This document shows, piece by piece, positions 35,937-49,994 of a DNA stretch of 64,000 nt; position 1 is the stretch's first letter; the number at the start of each line of letters is the position of its first letter. Origin of the DNA: Azolla caroliniana (Eukaryota > Plantae > Polypodiophyta). The position numbers and the translations under genes are program-made. Where the stretch lies: contig JBHGNT010000014.1 of assembly GCA_043228905.1 (NCBI GenBank), positions 12,214,001 to 12,278,000 on the forward strand, given 5' to 3'. The notes under the pieces were generated by a model. It did not search any database and was not told the origin of the DNA. It saw only the letters and a list, made by a program, of their open reading frames with translations.

Positions 35937-38900
35937 TGTGAATGATTACTTGCGGAAGCGTTAGAAAACAGAGGAAGTAGGGAATACAAGGAGTACACGG
36001 GAGAGACAGAGAGAGAAGAACGTAAGAGCTATATTCAAAACGATATAATCACTCTGTATTTTACAACTGTGCTCAGTAGCACTATTTATACAAGTCCTCA
36101 TGGGACTGACAGAAGTACCGCGTACTTCAATGCTCACACGAGCTTCTGACACTTACTACGAGACTATAATTGCCTAGTAGTCTAAACTAATACTAGGCTT
36201 CTGGTTATCGATTGGATCCGGATAACCGGCTCCCCAACTCACCGGCTCTGTTGCTTGCCGGCTTACCGATCCGTCTCGCTTGCCGGCTCGGGCTTATTCA
36301 GCCGATCCGGCTCCAGTTGAGCTTGACGCTCAACACTCCCCCTCAAGCTCAACTTGAGGTTGGATCCTAGTGTCAGTCTCTGTGGCAGTCGGTTCTTCCA
36401 ACCGACTTCTCCTGGCGTCGCTCCACCTTGCTCGCGCTCCTCGTCCGATCCGGTTCTGTTTGCCGCAACCCCTCTTGTTCTGCGCGCCTCGACCTTCTCG
36501 GTCGGTATGTCTGCTCAATAGGCCCCTCTCAGCTCCTTCGCTGCTATGACTCCGGCGCTTATCGATCCATTGGTTCCTCCGCGATGGCATCGACTTCCGC
36601 TGCATCTGTGTCTGCTTGGCCTTGAATTGATCCGGTTCTTCCGAACCTGTCTTTTGAACCAAATCGATTGTCTCCGATTCGTTCCAGCTCTTGTTCAAAT
36701 CGGTTGCTCCCGATTCGTCTTCTAGTTCCAAGCCCTTCACCACATCGGACCATGTCTGGGTCTTGGCCTTCTTCCTTTGGTTGGCTCTATCCTTCTTGAC
36801 TCTGCCGCCTTCTGTTCTTCCCTCACCGGCGCAATCGGCAGTCTCTTTGCCTTTGCCCGTTCTTTGCCCGTTCTCCCCCTCAAGTGTGGCACGTCGAGAT
36901 GCTGAACACTAAGCATTTCGGTGAAGTGCTGCAACTTGTCCGATCCAAGTGGTTTGGTGAAGATGTCGGCAACTTGCCGATCTGTGTGAACATACCGAAG
37001 TTCAACCTCACCGCTTAGGACACGCTCACACACGAAGTGATAGTGCACTTCTATGTGTTTTGTGCGAGCATGGAATACGGGGTTCTTGGCGAGTTGCATG
37101 CTGCTTATGTTGTCGCAGTAGACCAGAATCAGGGTCGGTACCTCGATCCATAGGTCTTGCAGCAATCGTCGAAGCCAAATGGCTTCACAGGTGGCAATGG
37201 TAGCGCCCTGATACTCAGCCTCAGTGCTTGACAGAGCAACTGTTGGCTGCTTTTTGTTGCTCCACGCAACAACCGCGCTACCTAGGGAAAACATGTAACC
37301 AAAGGTTGATCGGCGATCTGATGCATCATCGGCCCAGTCGGCATCTGTGTAACCAACCAACTCTTCGGTTATACCTCACCGGTATAACAGTCCCCTGTCC
37401 TTCATGCCGCTTACATATCGCAGTATCTGTTGTGCGCACTGAAGGTGCTCCACGATCGGCTTCTGCATGAACTGACTTATCATTCCGACCGGATAGCTGA
37501 TGTTGGGTCGGGTGATGGTCAGGTAAATAAGGCTTCCGACAATTTGTCAGAACTGTTTCTCGTTGCAGTCCGGTCTGGTGTTGGGACAGAGCTTCTGGTT
37601 CCAGTCCAAGGGTGTGGAGACAGGTCGGCATTCTATCATGCCGAACTTGTACAGCATATTCAAGACGTAATGTCGTTGTGATAGTAATATGCCGTCGGGG
37701 GTTCGGATCACCTCGATCCCAAGAAAATAATGAAGGTCCCCCAGATCCTTCATCTCAAATGCGTCTGACAACTGGGACTTGACGTGGTTGATTTCTGGAA
37801 CTCCTGGTCCGGTGCTGATTAGATCATCAACATACAACAGTATATATACCGGACCGGCTGAGCCTTGCCGGATGAACAATGAAGAGTCCGATTTGGAGGC
37901 CACAAACCCCATCTTACGCAGTCGGTGCGTGATCTTCGCATTCCAAGCTCGAGGGGCTTGCTTCATGCCGTACAACGACTTCTCTAGCCGGCATACCGCC
38001 GACTTGTTCATCTCCGATTGAAAACCGAGAGGCTGAGTCATAAAGACTTCTTCTTCAAGATCACCTTGAAGAAATGCATTCTTCACATCCATCTGATGAA
38101 GATGCCACCCCCTTGCCGCAGCAACCGCCAACACCACACGAATCGTCGTCATCTTCGCTACAAGAGCAAAGGTCTCATCGTAGTCAATTCCGTGGGTCTG
38201 CACATATCCCTTCGCCATTAACCGGGCCTTGTACCGGTTAACTGAACCGTTGGCGTTGTACTTTACTTTGTACACCCACTTGCATCCGATCGGTTTACAC
38301 TGACGAGGAGGGTCAACCAGGTCCCATGTCTTGTTGACATCAAGTGCCCGCATTTCTTCCTCCATAGCGGCACGCCAATTTGCGTCCTTGGCCGCTTCTG
38401 TGTAGCTCTCCGGCTCACGCACTTCCACCACCTTAGTCATGTACGCATAGTGATGCGCCATGTACTCATTGTACCCGTACCGCGTGACGGGATCCTTCTG
38501 GCGGGTGGACCGACGTAACTCACTATTACCCGGTTTGAGGCCCTTCTTGGTTGGTTCGGTCTTCGTTACCGAAGGTCTGCCTTTCTCCTTGCCGGAGTCG
38601 GATGCACACTGATCCGACTCATCGTTGCCGGTTTAGAATTCCGACATCTTCTTCTTCCCCTTCTCCTTGCGCGTGAACCGACGCCTTGGTTCCTTGCGTG
38701 GGGAGTGCATGGTAGAGTCTCCACTACTCGCCGGTTCCTCATCGGACTGATCAGATTGACTCAGTCTCTCGTGCGGGCCGCTCAACCGGAACAATTCCGG
38801 ACTCTCATCCTGAATCCACGCTTCATCATCCTCTACCTGGGCCGGTTCAGGCTCACTAGCCTCATCCACCGTATCGGGTCGGAATCGGAAGTCGGAGTCG

Positions 38901-41612
38901 GTAAGGAATACCATGATGCCGATTCATCGAACTCGACATCTCGACAAACTCGGACCTACTTTGTCCGGGGGTTATAACACTTATAACCCTTCTGCTCTTG
39001 AGCATAGCCGATTAGGATGCATTTTTCCGATTTTGCATCCAGCTTCCTCCGTTTCTCTTCCAGTACATGCACATATGCAATGCTACCGAAGATCTTAAGG
39101 TGTCTCAAATTCGGCTTGCGCCCGAAATACAGCTCGTGAGTTGACACCTTGTCACCAATCCGGTTCGGGATGTAGACAGTCGTTTGGACTGCCTCCGCCC
39201 AGTAGTATTTTGGCATGCTCTTCTCCTCCAGCATTGCCCTTGCCACATCAATAAGCGATCGGTTCTTCCTTTCGGCAACACCGTTCTATTGCGGTGTGTA
39301 TCTGCAACTGAACTATCGCCGAATTCCCGTTTGCTGCAGATAACTATTGAATTGGCCGGAAAAGTATTCTTTCCCGCCATCCGACCGCAGGCATTTGATC
39401 TTCCTCTCCGATTCCCGTTCCACCATGCTTTGGAGACTCCGGAAACACTCGAAGACTTCACTCTTCCGCTCAATGAGGTAGATCCATGTGTGCCACGTAT
39501 AGTCGTCGATGAAGGAGACGAAATATCGACTCCCGCCAAGACTAACATTCCGTGTCGGTCCCCACACATCCGAATGGATTAGGTCAAGCTTGTTTCGGCT
39601 CCGGTTATGTTCGGTAGGGAATGGAAGCCGGTGTTGCTTCCCGAGTTGGCAAGCTTCACATACTTGGGCCTTCCGGCCGCTGAACTTCGGCAAACTGAAA
39701 ACAACTTGTTTAGTTTGCAAGTCTTGAAACCTCCAGTAATTGACGTGGCCTATCCGCTTGTGCCACAGGTTGATGTCCGATTCGACCTTCTGTCCTTTTG
39801 CAAACAGAGCGGTGTTGATGTCATTCGTGTCGAGGATAAACATCCTCCCGTCTCTGCGCCCTTGCGCAATAATTTGGCCCTCTTCCTCGATGAAGCACCC
39901 AAGGTGCGTAAACCGCACCTGCATACCCTAGTCGACGATCTGTCTGACCGACACCAAGTTCTTCGTGATTGTCAGAATGTGTAATATGTTCATCAACTTC
40001 CCCTTCTGTCCGACGTGGCTCAAAGGGACTTCTCTGACATGCACGATTGGGTGAGGAGTGTCGTCTCCGGTTTCGACTACTCCTGGTTGATCCGATTTCT
40101 CCAAAAAGGAGAACCACTCTTTGTGGCTCGTCATGTGGTTCGACGCACCAGAATCAACATACCACACTTCCTCTGATTTGGAAGTGGTCTTCTTCATTGA
40201 GTTCGCCTCGTGCTTCATCACCAAGGCTGGCCCGTTACCGTTCTTGGATCCTCCCGATCCCTTCGCATAGTGCAAGCTTTGCCGGCCATCCTTGCCGGCC
40301 TTGCCGGATCCGGAATTTTTCCGAATCGGCTCGTTTTCTCCAACACTCGCTTTCTTTATGGCCCTTTTTGCCACAATACCAGCATTCCGTTGCAGATTTG
40401 TCTTGCCGGCCTCCGGCACCGCCTTGACTCCCCCTGCCTATGGAAGTCCCGGAACTGCTATCGGCACTTTCTCTATGCCTTCGTTCTTGCTCTTGCCAGC
40501 CGCCTCCATTGTGTGCCGACCCGCCTCGTCCCCGTGTACAGTATCCGGTTGTTAGTGGGTGCACTAGTTGACGCACCAGCGTGGTTCTCCTCTACAAGGA
40601 GCATCGATTGTAAGTCGAAAAATGACAGCGTATTCTCCCTTGTACACACCGCCGTTCGGAACGCTCTGAACTTAGACTCCAGGCCCCCAAGACAGACATG
40701 TACCATCTCGTCTTCCTCTACGGTAACGTTGATGGAGGCAAGCGAGTTGCAGATCTCTTTGATCCGAGCCGTGTAATCTGCCACCGACATGTCCTTCTGT
40801 CGGACATTGCTCAACTCCTGTCGAAGTTGCAGCTTTCGGGTTGTAGTGCTCGCGGCGAAAACCTCCTTCAGGTTTCCCCAAGTCACGGATGTGGCTCAGC
40901 AACTGGTCTCCGACACTGGATGCGAAGCAGTACATCACTCTGCTTGCCGATTGTTCCCACATTGGGAAATCCTTATGTGCCACATCAAGTGCTGTTTCGT
41001 TGGCTCCTTCGACGAAACTCCAGTAGCCATGCCCAAGCAGGTACTAGTGCATCTTATACGACCAAGATGCATAGTTGGATCTGTCGAGTTTCTCAACAGG
41101 GAGCGAGCTACCTCTATCCATCACTTCTTTTCTGTTGTTCTTACGACCTATTAGGGTTTGCTTTCAAGTGTTTGTCGGCTGCAGAGGTTCTCAACCTTCG
41201 CGCTCTGATACCATGTGAAGGATTACTTGCAGAAGCATTAGAAAACAGAGGAAGTAGGGAATATAAGGAGTACACGGGAGAGACAAAGAGAGCAGAATGT
41301 AAGAGCTATATTCAAAACGATATAATCACTCTATATTTTACAACTGTGCTCAGTAGCACTATTTATACAAGTCCTCATGGGACTGACAAAAGTACCGCGT
41401 ACTTCAATGCTCACACAAGCTTCTGACACTTACTACGAGACTATAATTTCCTAGTAGTCTAAACTAATACTAGGCTTCCAGTTACCAATTGGATCTGGCT
41501 AACCGGCTCCCCAGCTCACCGGCTCTGTTGCTTGCCGGCTTACCGATCCATCTCGCTTGCCGGCTCAAGCTTATTCAGCCGATCCAACTCCAGTTGAGCT
41601 TGCCGCTCAACA
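35937..41612 (-). mobile_element. Full-length Ty1/copia element (decayed)
   Basis: 399-bp LTRs 35937-36335 and 41214-41612; perfect TSD AGGAC; PBS TGGTATCAGAGC 41202-41213; PPT AGGGGGAG 36336-36343; gag, WYVDSGASNH protease, integrase, RT (LLYVDD), RNase H. Confidence 0.96.
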
Positions 41613-42799
41613 AGGACTCCACCATTCAACTTCCAGAGAAGTATCGTCATTATGCTGATGTGTTCGATAAAGTACAAGCCAATACGCTTCCTGACCATCA
41701 ACCGTATGATTGCCCCATCGATTTACAACCGGCAAAAGAGCCACCATGGGGACCGATCTACAATTTGTCACCAACCGAGCTAGAAGTCCTTCGAGCATAT
41801 ATAGAGGAGAATTTGGCAAATAGTTTCATTCGACATTCGAAATCTCCAGCCAACGCACCCATTTTCTTTGTCAAAAAATAGGATAGATCACTTTGTCTCG
41901 TCGTAGATTACCGTGGCTTGAATAAGGTCGCCATCAGGAATAAGTTCGCACTTCCCCTTATCTCAAGTCTTTTAGAACGGGTCAATGGTGCAAGATTCTT
42001 CACAAAAATCAACTTACGAGGAGCATATATCCTCGTACAGATCCGACTAGGAGATGAATGGAAGACCGCGTTTCGAACTAGATATGGGCACTTCGAGTAT
42101 ACGGTCATGCCATTCGGCCTCACTAATGCACCAGCAGTCTTCCAGTACATGGCAAATGATATATTCTAAGATCTCTTGGATGTTTGTTTGATCATCTATT
42201 TGGATGATCTACTGGTTTATTCAAGACCCAAGAAGAGTATGATTCTCATGTACTGTTTGTACTAAAATGACCTCGAGAACATGGTCTTTATGCAAAGCTC
42301 GAAAAATGTAGTTTCGAGTGCAACTAGGTAGAATTTCTGGGCTATGTGATTTCCTCGGAAGGCATCTCCATGGATCTAGCTAAGGTCAAAATGGTGGTAG
42401 AGTGGCATACTTCGTGTTCGTTGCGATATGTGCAATGCTTTTTAGGCTTTGCCAATTTCTACCACAAGTTTATATAGGATTACTCAAAGCTTGTTCTGCC
42501 TCTCACAAAGCTCACAAGGAAGGGACAATCGTTCGTTTGGTCTGAAGAAGCAGACATGGCTTTTGAGGGTCTAAAGAAGGCATTTACATTAGCTCCTATT
42601 CTGGCTCATGTTGATACGGAAAAACCATTCATCATCGAAGCAGACGCGTCGGATTTCGCGTTGGGTAGCATTCTCTCACAACAAGGTGATGATGAAAAGC
42701 TTCATCCTGTGGCTTTCCACTCACGCAAGTTTGACGCCGCCGAAATGAAATATGAAATTCATGATAAGGAGCTATTAGCAATAGTGGACTCTTTTACGT

Positions 42800-43489
42800 T
42801 GTCGCGTTGTTACGCGCGTGCGTGGAGTACGAGGCGGGACCACTGGGGCCTTGGACCGAGAAATAACCAAATGAAGGGAGGGGAAGGACTCTTACGATGT
42901 AATTCACACGCGCACAGACCCACAGAATCACAGGAATTGCAATTAACTACAAAACGCCTGATGGAGATAGATCGAATGTTTATGTATAAATATATATGAA
43001 TGAAGGTGTTACAACCGGCAAGCCGGCGAGTGATGGGCACTGACGCCTACGCACACGCACACACAGACAGAACGCGAGATGGAGACTCTGCCAGTAGCAC
43101 TCGGGCATCCCGCGGAGTAGACTCAGCCTCCCAAACCCTGCACAGAACAATAAAATGGGTGACGGAGGAGAGGAGAGGAGAAGGGCTTGGTCCCAGTCCT
43201 GCAACACTTCGTCCTCTGCTAAAACGCGATATATTTTCCATACCTCTCCCTCTCTTTTATAGCCTAAGGAGAGAGGCCGCTACCATCCGTCACATCATGT
43301 TTATTCCCTGTCTGAAAGGACAGGGATACACCTCGATTCCCTCCCTACTGAATGTGTGCTACTTAGGATTTCGCCTCAGGTGACTTGTACCTACCTACGG
43401 ACTATACAACAAAACTTGTGCCCACGTGTAAGGGCCGATTTACGCACATTATACTTGGTTTCTGCCTAGGGACGGTTTTCTCCACGACA
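42800..43489 (-). mobile_element. Solo LTR (type B-like) inserted in the Tcn1 RNase H
   Basis: TGTCGCGTTGTTACGCGCG...CACGACA; flanks ACGT/ACGC; removing it restores AIVDSFTQWRHFLEG. Confidence 0.88.
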
Positions 43490-43545
43490 ACGCAATGGAG
43501 GCATTTTCTAGAGGGATCTTCTCATCAAGTCACCGTATTCAGTGA

Positions 43546-46500
43546 TGTTGAGAGTTGAACTCAACTTCCCATAAGATAGGTTTCACACTAGCTCATGGAC
43601 ATGTTGGGCTAGTTTTGTAAATAGTAGAAAGGGCACTTGCCCGAGCTTAGTTGGTATATAAACCAACGCATTGTAACTTAGTTATTGTTGGATGTTTTAT
43701 GTTTTGATGTATTTATGGTTAATATACAGTTTTTTCTATCTCTGTCTTAAGAGCTCTCTCTCACACACTCTCTCTCTGTCTTGATACACACACACAAACA
43801 CTCATCTTCTGTTGCATTACAACCACTCTTGCCTCCTCATTTCTTTACATGGTATCAAAGTGTGTGGTTGCCTGATCAAGCATCTTCGACTGTGTTGTGT
43901 TGCACGCCGACGATCAACAAAACCGGCCCATCGACAGAGAAGAAATCACCATGAATACTCAAATGGGAAGCGCTCTTCCTACCGAGAAGCTCGACAGAAC
44001 GAACTTTGCATCTTGGGAATACAAGATGCATCAATATCTTGTCGGACAAGGTTACTGGAGCTACATCGAAGGAGCTCACAAATCACACCCTAACCCAACT
44101 CACGCGGACTATCCCGCTTGGGAGCAGGCTGCAAGCCGTGTGTGTTGTATTGCCTTGCATCATGCGTTCATGATCATATGCTTGACTACATTTGAGAGGC
44201 AAAAACGCCGAAGCAGGCATGGGAAAACCTCAAGAAGATTTTTGCAACCAATACGGCCACACGAAAGCTCCAACTTCAATAGGAGCTGAACAACCTTCAA
44301 CAAAGGGACATGCCAATCGGCAACTACACCTTAAACATCAAGGAGTTGTGTGATGCCCTTGGATCGATCAATGTTAGCATTGACGACGAAGAAATGGTGT
44401 AGATATGCCTCGGTGGCTTGGCACCGCGTTTTGGCGCAATAAGATTGGTCATTCTCACGAGAAAGAAGAAGAAAGAAAGGTGTATTAACGTCTTCTAAGG
44501 CCAAATTTGGCCCATGAGACAATTGGTTTACAACAATAGAGTATTTATCCAGTCATCATAACTAAAAATAAAATTAAGTAAAAAAAAATAGAACTTAAAC
44601 TAAAAGAGTTCTAGTAGTGTACAATATGTAGTATACTCGAAAGTGACCATACACTAAGCCTAATTTTATTTCCACCCAAGCCTCTCGAAAAGAAGTGGGG
44701 GGTCAAAGGGTCTTGATGTGGGTTCCATTGTAGAGAGTGCCCTAGCCATGGCTTCTAGGCGGTGTAGCTCACGTTCCCTTATTTTCAATATTGCGTCCAC
44801 ATCACGTTGAGTTGTTTTGAAACCCGGCACCCGAGGACGTCTGGTTCTTCTCTGGTTTTCTGCCTCATCAATGGAAAGGCCGAGTGGTGCAAGTGTGTCG
44901 GCATTCGTTGTCTCCTCAGGTTCCTGAAAAACTGCATTTGTTACATGTTCGTGATCATTAGCAGCATTATTGTCAACATTTTGTAATTTATTCTCTCTGT
45001 GTTGTTTTAGCTCTAGAATGTATTTGCCTAATTTCTTTATATCTAGAGTATCTAATAGTTTGGGGAGGGTGGGAGACGGACCAAGTATGTCTTGGTATTT
45101 TGCCCTTATCTCGGCATAGGTTGGACACTTGCAAGTAAAGTGGTACTCATCCTCTATCTCTATGTGACATAACCTACATATCCCTTCCTCCCTAGGGACT
45201 CCACTAGTACGGCCATTTTCAATCTCAAGTTGGTGAGATGATATTCTAAGTTGTCCAATGGCAACCCTTAGTGCATGTGGTAAGAATACATCTAGATATT
45301 TTGGCCGTGTGATAAAACCTAACTCAAAGAAGTGCATGAAGTGTTTCTTATAGTACGACATTTTAGATGGGAGTGGCTCTAGTGGGGTGATCCATTTACA
45401 CCGAGTGTAAATTTGCCATATTTCTTGGCGTATTACTTTATTGCGGTTCTCATGAGAGATTAAGGTGTTATCACTCGTGTGGTTGCACCTAAGGGGAGGT
45501 AGGTTATTAATGTCTAGACCATTCGCAAGAAGCCAAGTCACCATCATGCCATACCATGAGCTAGTATAGCCGGACTCATACAATGATCGAGAGGCCTTAA
45601 AGGCTTGATGAGATATTCTATCATGTGGTTGGCTATGTATCCTATCAATAAAGACTACAAGTTGAAAAAGTGCCTCTACTAGCATTGGGGGTAACGTGAA
45701 CTCGGCCCTAATAATGTCATGTGGTACAGTCGATTTGCTTCGGAGTTGGCGTGATAGCATCATCACCAATGGTCTCTCTAATTGCGTCCACATGAAGGAT
45801 GGTAATCCTGGAGCCCAAACCGCAGATGCATACATGAGGGAGGGGTTCACTAATGAGTCAAAGAGCCCCTCCTTTTTTTATCTGCAATCATTGTTGCTAG
45901 TCGAAGAGAATCACGTGCGTCAAAGGAACAACGCGCATGACGGACAAATGCTATATTCGAACTTCGATGGAGGAAGAGGACAAAGCCGCAGAAGGAGAGG
46001 TCAATTCGGCCAAGGCCAACACAACCAAGAGCGTAACTACCACCAATGGCAAGCGGACAGAAACGGCCCCAGAGAGTTCAGCGGAATTGGGAGTCATCAC
46101 GCCAGACCAAGCAACCGTAGGAACCCAGTTGAGTGCGGGTACTGCGGAAAACCCGGCCACTATGAAGAGGAGTGTCGGAAGAAGAAGCGTGAGCAAGGCC
46201 GACAACTAACAAATTATGCCACGAACTCCGACTACGGCAACCGCAGCGGAATGTTCATAATGAAGCACGAAGCCCACTCAATGTCCGCACTTGTGTCAAC
46301 TACCGCTTCCACTCCGAACAACGTATGGTTTGTCGATTCGGGAGCATCCAATCACATGACGTCCCATGAAGATTGGTTTCGGGAACTACAGAAGCCCGAA
46401 CGTCCCGGATATGTCGAAACAAGAGATCACACGACTCACCCCATACAGCATATCAGGAACGTCCCATTCAGAAACAACAGCAAACAGACTTACCTCAAGA

Positions 46501-49500
46501 ATGTGTTGCATGTCCCCACCATTACAAAAAACCTGGTCTCAATCGGCCAGATTTTCGAACAAGGAATGCAAGTACGCTTCAATAATGACGGATGCTTCAT
46601 CGAAAAAGGCGATCAAGTCGTAGCTCACGGACGACGAGAAGGCCGTATGTTCATCCTCGAATCGAGCGAGGTAAAGTTGGCCATGTACGCAAAGGGCCTG
46701 AAAGTCGAAACCGACTTAAAACTGTGGCACAAGAGAATCGGCCACATTAATCTCCAAAAACTACAAAACATGCAATCGAAAGGAGTCGTAATCGGACTCC
46801 CGAACTTTACGACAAAGGAGATTACATGCGTATGCGAAGCATGTCAGTTCGGAAAGCAACACCGTCACCCATTCCCTAGCGAGCGGAATGTGAGCAAAGG
46901 GATCTTGGATGTAATACATTTAGATGTATGGGGACCAGCCCAAACAGCTACATTCGGCATATGCCGATACTATGTTACGTTCATCGATGACTTCTTCAGG
47001 AACACCTGGATCTATCCGATGAAGCAGAAGAGTGAAGTGTTCAGGCACTTCCAGACATTCAAGGCTGAAGTCGAAAAAACTACGGGTCGGCATGTACACT
47101 GTCTTCGATCAGATGGAGGCAAAGAATATTTTTCGGATGAATTTAGGGCGTATCTCCGAAAAGAAGGAATCTGACGTGAGTTCTCGTGTCGACACACGCC
47201 TTAGCAAAACGGCGTGGCAGAGCATAGAAATCGCCATGTAGTAGAAGTTGCATGAGCCATGATGAACGAGAAGAACCTGCCGAAATCATATTGGGCAGAA
47301 GCGGCAAATACGGCCGTATATCTCATGAACAGGTGCACAACCTCGGGAGTACACGATATAACTCCGCATGAGAAGTTCTTCATAAAGAAGCCGGATTTGT
47401 CACATGTCTGCATTTTTAGTTCTATCGCCTATGTACATATTCTCGACAATACACAGCAAAAGCTTGACCCAAAGTCTGAGAAATGTATCCTCGTAGGATA
47501 CTCACTCAAACAGAAGGGGTACAAATGCTACAACCCATCTACCCGTAAGGTTCAAACAAGTCGAGACGTACTCTTCGACGAATACGGATCCTGGTACGCA
47601 CCAGAGAATACTTCGACTCCAACCCCGCTCGACGCGGATTACACTGAAATAGAAATAGAAGCTGAGGATCGGCTCTCATAGATGTTAGAAGACAGCCCAA
47701 TTACGACACGCTGAGCGATGAAAGCACATCTCAGCCGAGTCCGAAGCTGGACAAAGGGAAGGCGAAAATGCGGGAATATGAAGATCAGTTCGAATTCAAA
47801 TCGACCCACTCCCTTGATAGTGAATTCAAAGGCCTTGACACCGGGACAGACGGTGTGAAGAAAGCTTTAGAATCCGTGAACGAAAAGTTACGCTAGTCCA
47901 CCCGAGAGAAGAACCCCGTAAACCGCTACGGCTACGATGAGTACATGGCATATCACTACGCCTTTATGATGAAAGTAGCGTCAGTACGGGAACTGGAAAC
48001 GCTTTCCGAAGCCGCAAAGGATCTGCGATGGGTCGACGGGATGAATGAGGAGATGGAAGTTTTATGCAAAAACAAGACATGGGATCTCGTTCCTCTCCCC
48101 CCAAACAAGAAAGCGATTGGTTGCAGATGGATATACAAAGTAAAATACAATGCCGAAGGATCTGTAAATCGCTTCAAAGCACGGCTCATCGCGAAAGGCT
48201 ACGCGCAAATGCACGGCATAGACTACGAAGAAAACTTTGCCCCGGTGGCAAAGATGACAACTATACGGACAGTAATTGCACTCGCCGCAGCGAAGGGATG
48301 GCACCTCCACCAGATGGACGTGAAAAATTCTTTCCTCCAAGGAGAGTTAGAAGAAGAGGTGTACATGATACAACCACCCGGATTCGAATCGCATAAGCAT
48401 CCACACGCCGTATGCCAACATAAGAAGCCACTCTATGGCCTCAAACAAGCACCGCATGCTTGGCACTCGAAGATCACGCAGTATCTTCACCAAGTCGGAT
48501 TTCGGATGTCAAAATCTGACACCTCTCTGTACATCCGAAACGAGTCGGATAGCCTGATCATCATCATCTTGTACGTGGATGATTTGGTCATCGGAGGAAA
48601 GGATCTCGCTGAGATTAACAAAGTCAAATGACTTCTTTCTAGCAGATTTGAAATAAAAGACTTACACGAGTTCCATTACTTCATAGGTATTGAAGTAATT
48701 CAGACACCCGTCGGAATAATGATCTCTCAATTGCACTACATTCTCAACTTACTCTACAAGTTCGGAATGACCGAGTGCAAGCCTGTGTCTACCCCTCTTG
48801 ATCGTAATCTCAAGATCGATGCCAATTCCAGAACCGCTGAGAGCGAGCCGACTCAGTATCGACAATTGATCAGTAGTTTGATCTATTTGACCATTACGCG
48901 ACCCGACCTCAGTTATTCGAATGGCCTACTTAGCCAATTTATGCAGAATCCGCGAAATCTTCATTTGGACTGCGCTAAGAGGATACTTCGGTATGTCAGT
49001 ACAACAATGGACTATGGCATTATGTACAAGACGAATGCAATCATTCAACTCAAAGGGTACACAGACGCGGACTGGGCAGGATATAAAGCGGACAGGCGAT
49101 CCACATCCGAATTCGTCTTCTCTCTTGGTAGCGGAGCGACCTCTTGGAGTAGTAAGAAGCAGCCAACAATCACACTGTCGAGCACAGAAGCCGAATACAG
49201 GGGCGCAGCAGTCACCACATGTGAAGTCGTCTGGCTCAAATGCGTACTAAAGGATTTGGGCGTACCCATCAAGGATCCAATTCATCTCTACAGCGACAAC
49301 ATGAGCAATATCTACCTGGTGCGGAACCCCATATTCCACATGCGGATTAAACATATCGAAGTGCATTACCACTTCATCCGTGAGCGCGTACAGGCCGGCA
49401 AGATCGATCTCCAACATACCAGTACGCACCTCCAAGTTGGTGATATATTTACAAAGGCCTTAGGGGTCGACAAGCTCAGGCAATTTGCATCGGGCCTTGG

Positions 49501-49994
49501 TCTCACGATATCTACATTGTCGAACTTGAGGGGGAGTACAGGTACAAGCGACATAGAAGGCGACATGGAAGCCATACGTAACACATTCGCAATTGATCGA
49601 GTATGCGAGTATGCAACACAGCCGACCAGACGAGACGAAGTACGAACCGAACGACCTTCTCAACAAATAGAAATTGTGTTCGAAGGGGCATGTTGAGAGT
49701 CGAACTCAACTTCCCATAAGATAGGTTTCACACTAGCTCATGGACATGTTGGGCTAGTTTTGTAAATATTAGAAAGGGCACTTGCCCTAGCTTAGTTGGT
49801 ATATAAACCAACGCATTGTAACTTAGTTATTGTTGGATGTTTTATGTTTTGATGTATTTTTGGTTAATATATAGTTTTCTCTATCTCTGTCTTAAGAGCT
49901 CTCTCTCTCACTCTCTCTCTCTCTGTCTTGATACACACACACACACTCATCTTCCGTTGCATTACAACCACTCTTGCCCTCTCATTTCTTTACA
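43546..49994 (+). mobile_element. Full-length Ty1/copia element (decayed) carrying a LINE insertion
   Basis: 304-bp LTRs 43546-43849 and 49691-49994; perfect TSD AGTGA; PBS TGGTATCAAAG 43850-43860; gag MGSALPTEKLDRTNFASW, knuckle CGYCGKPGHYEEEC, WFVDSGASNH, integrase, RT ILYVDD, RNase H. Confidence 0.96.
44461..45860 (-). mobile_element. 5'-truncated RTE/RTEX-like LINE inside copia gag
   Basis: Uninterrupted 394-codon ORF 44666-45850 (LMYASAVW, LRISSHQLEIENGR, CRLCHIEIEDEYHFTCKCP); 3' UTR ends in a TTTC/TTC tail at 44461-44479. Confidence 0.88.

Noticed and set aside
40698-41881. Plus-strand ORFs of 242 and 130 aa
   Set aside because: Antisense gag/LTR sequence and an LTR-RT junction; not genes.
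45696-47174. 492-aa ORF as a novel fusion gene
   Set aside because: Its N-terminus is the antisense strand of the inserted LINE running by chance into copia gag-PR-INT; it ends at a premature stop.
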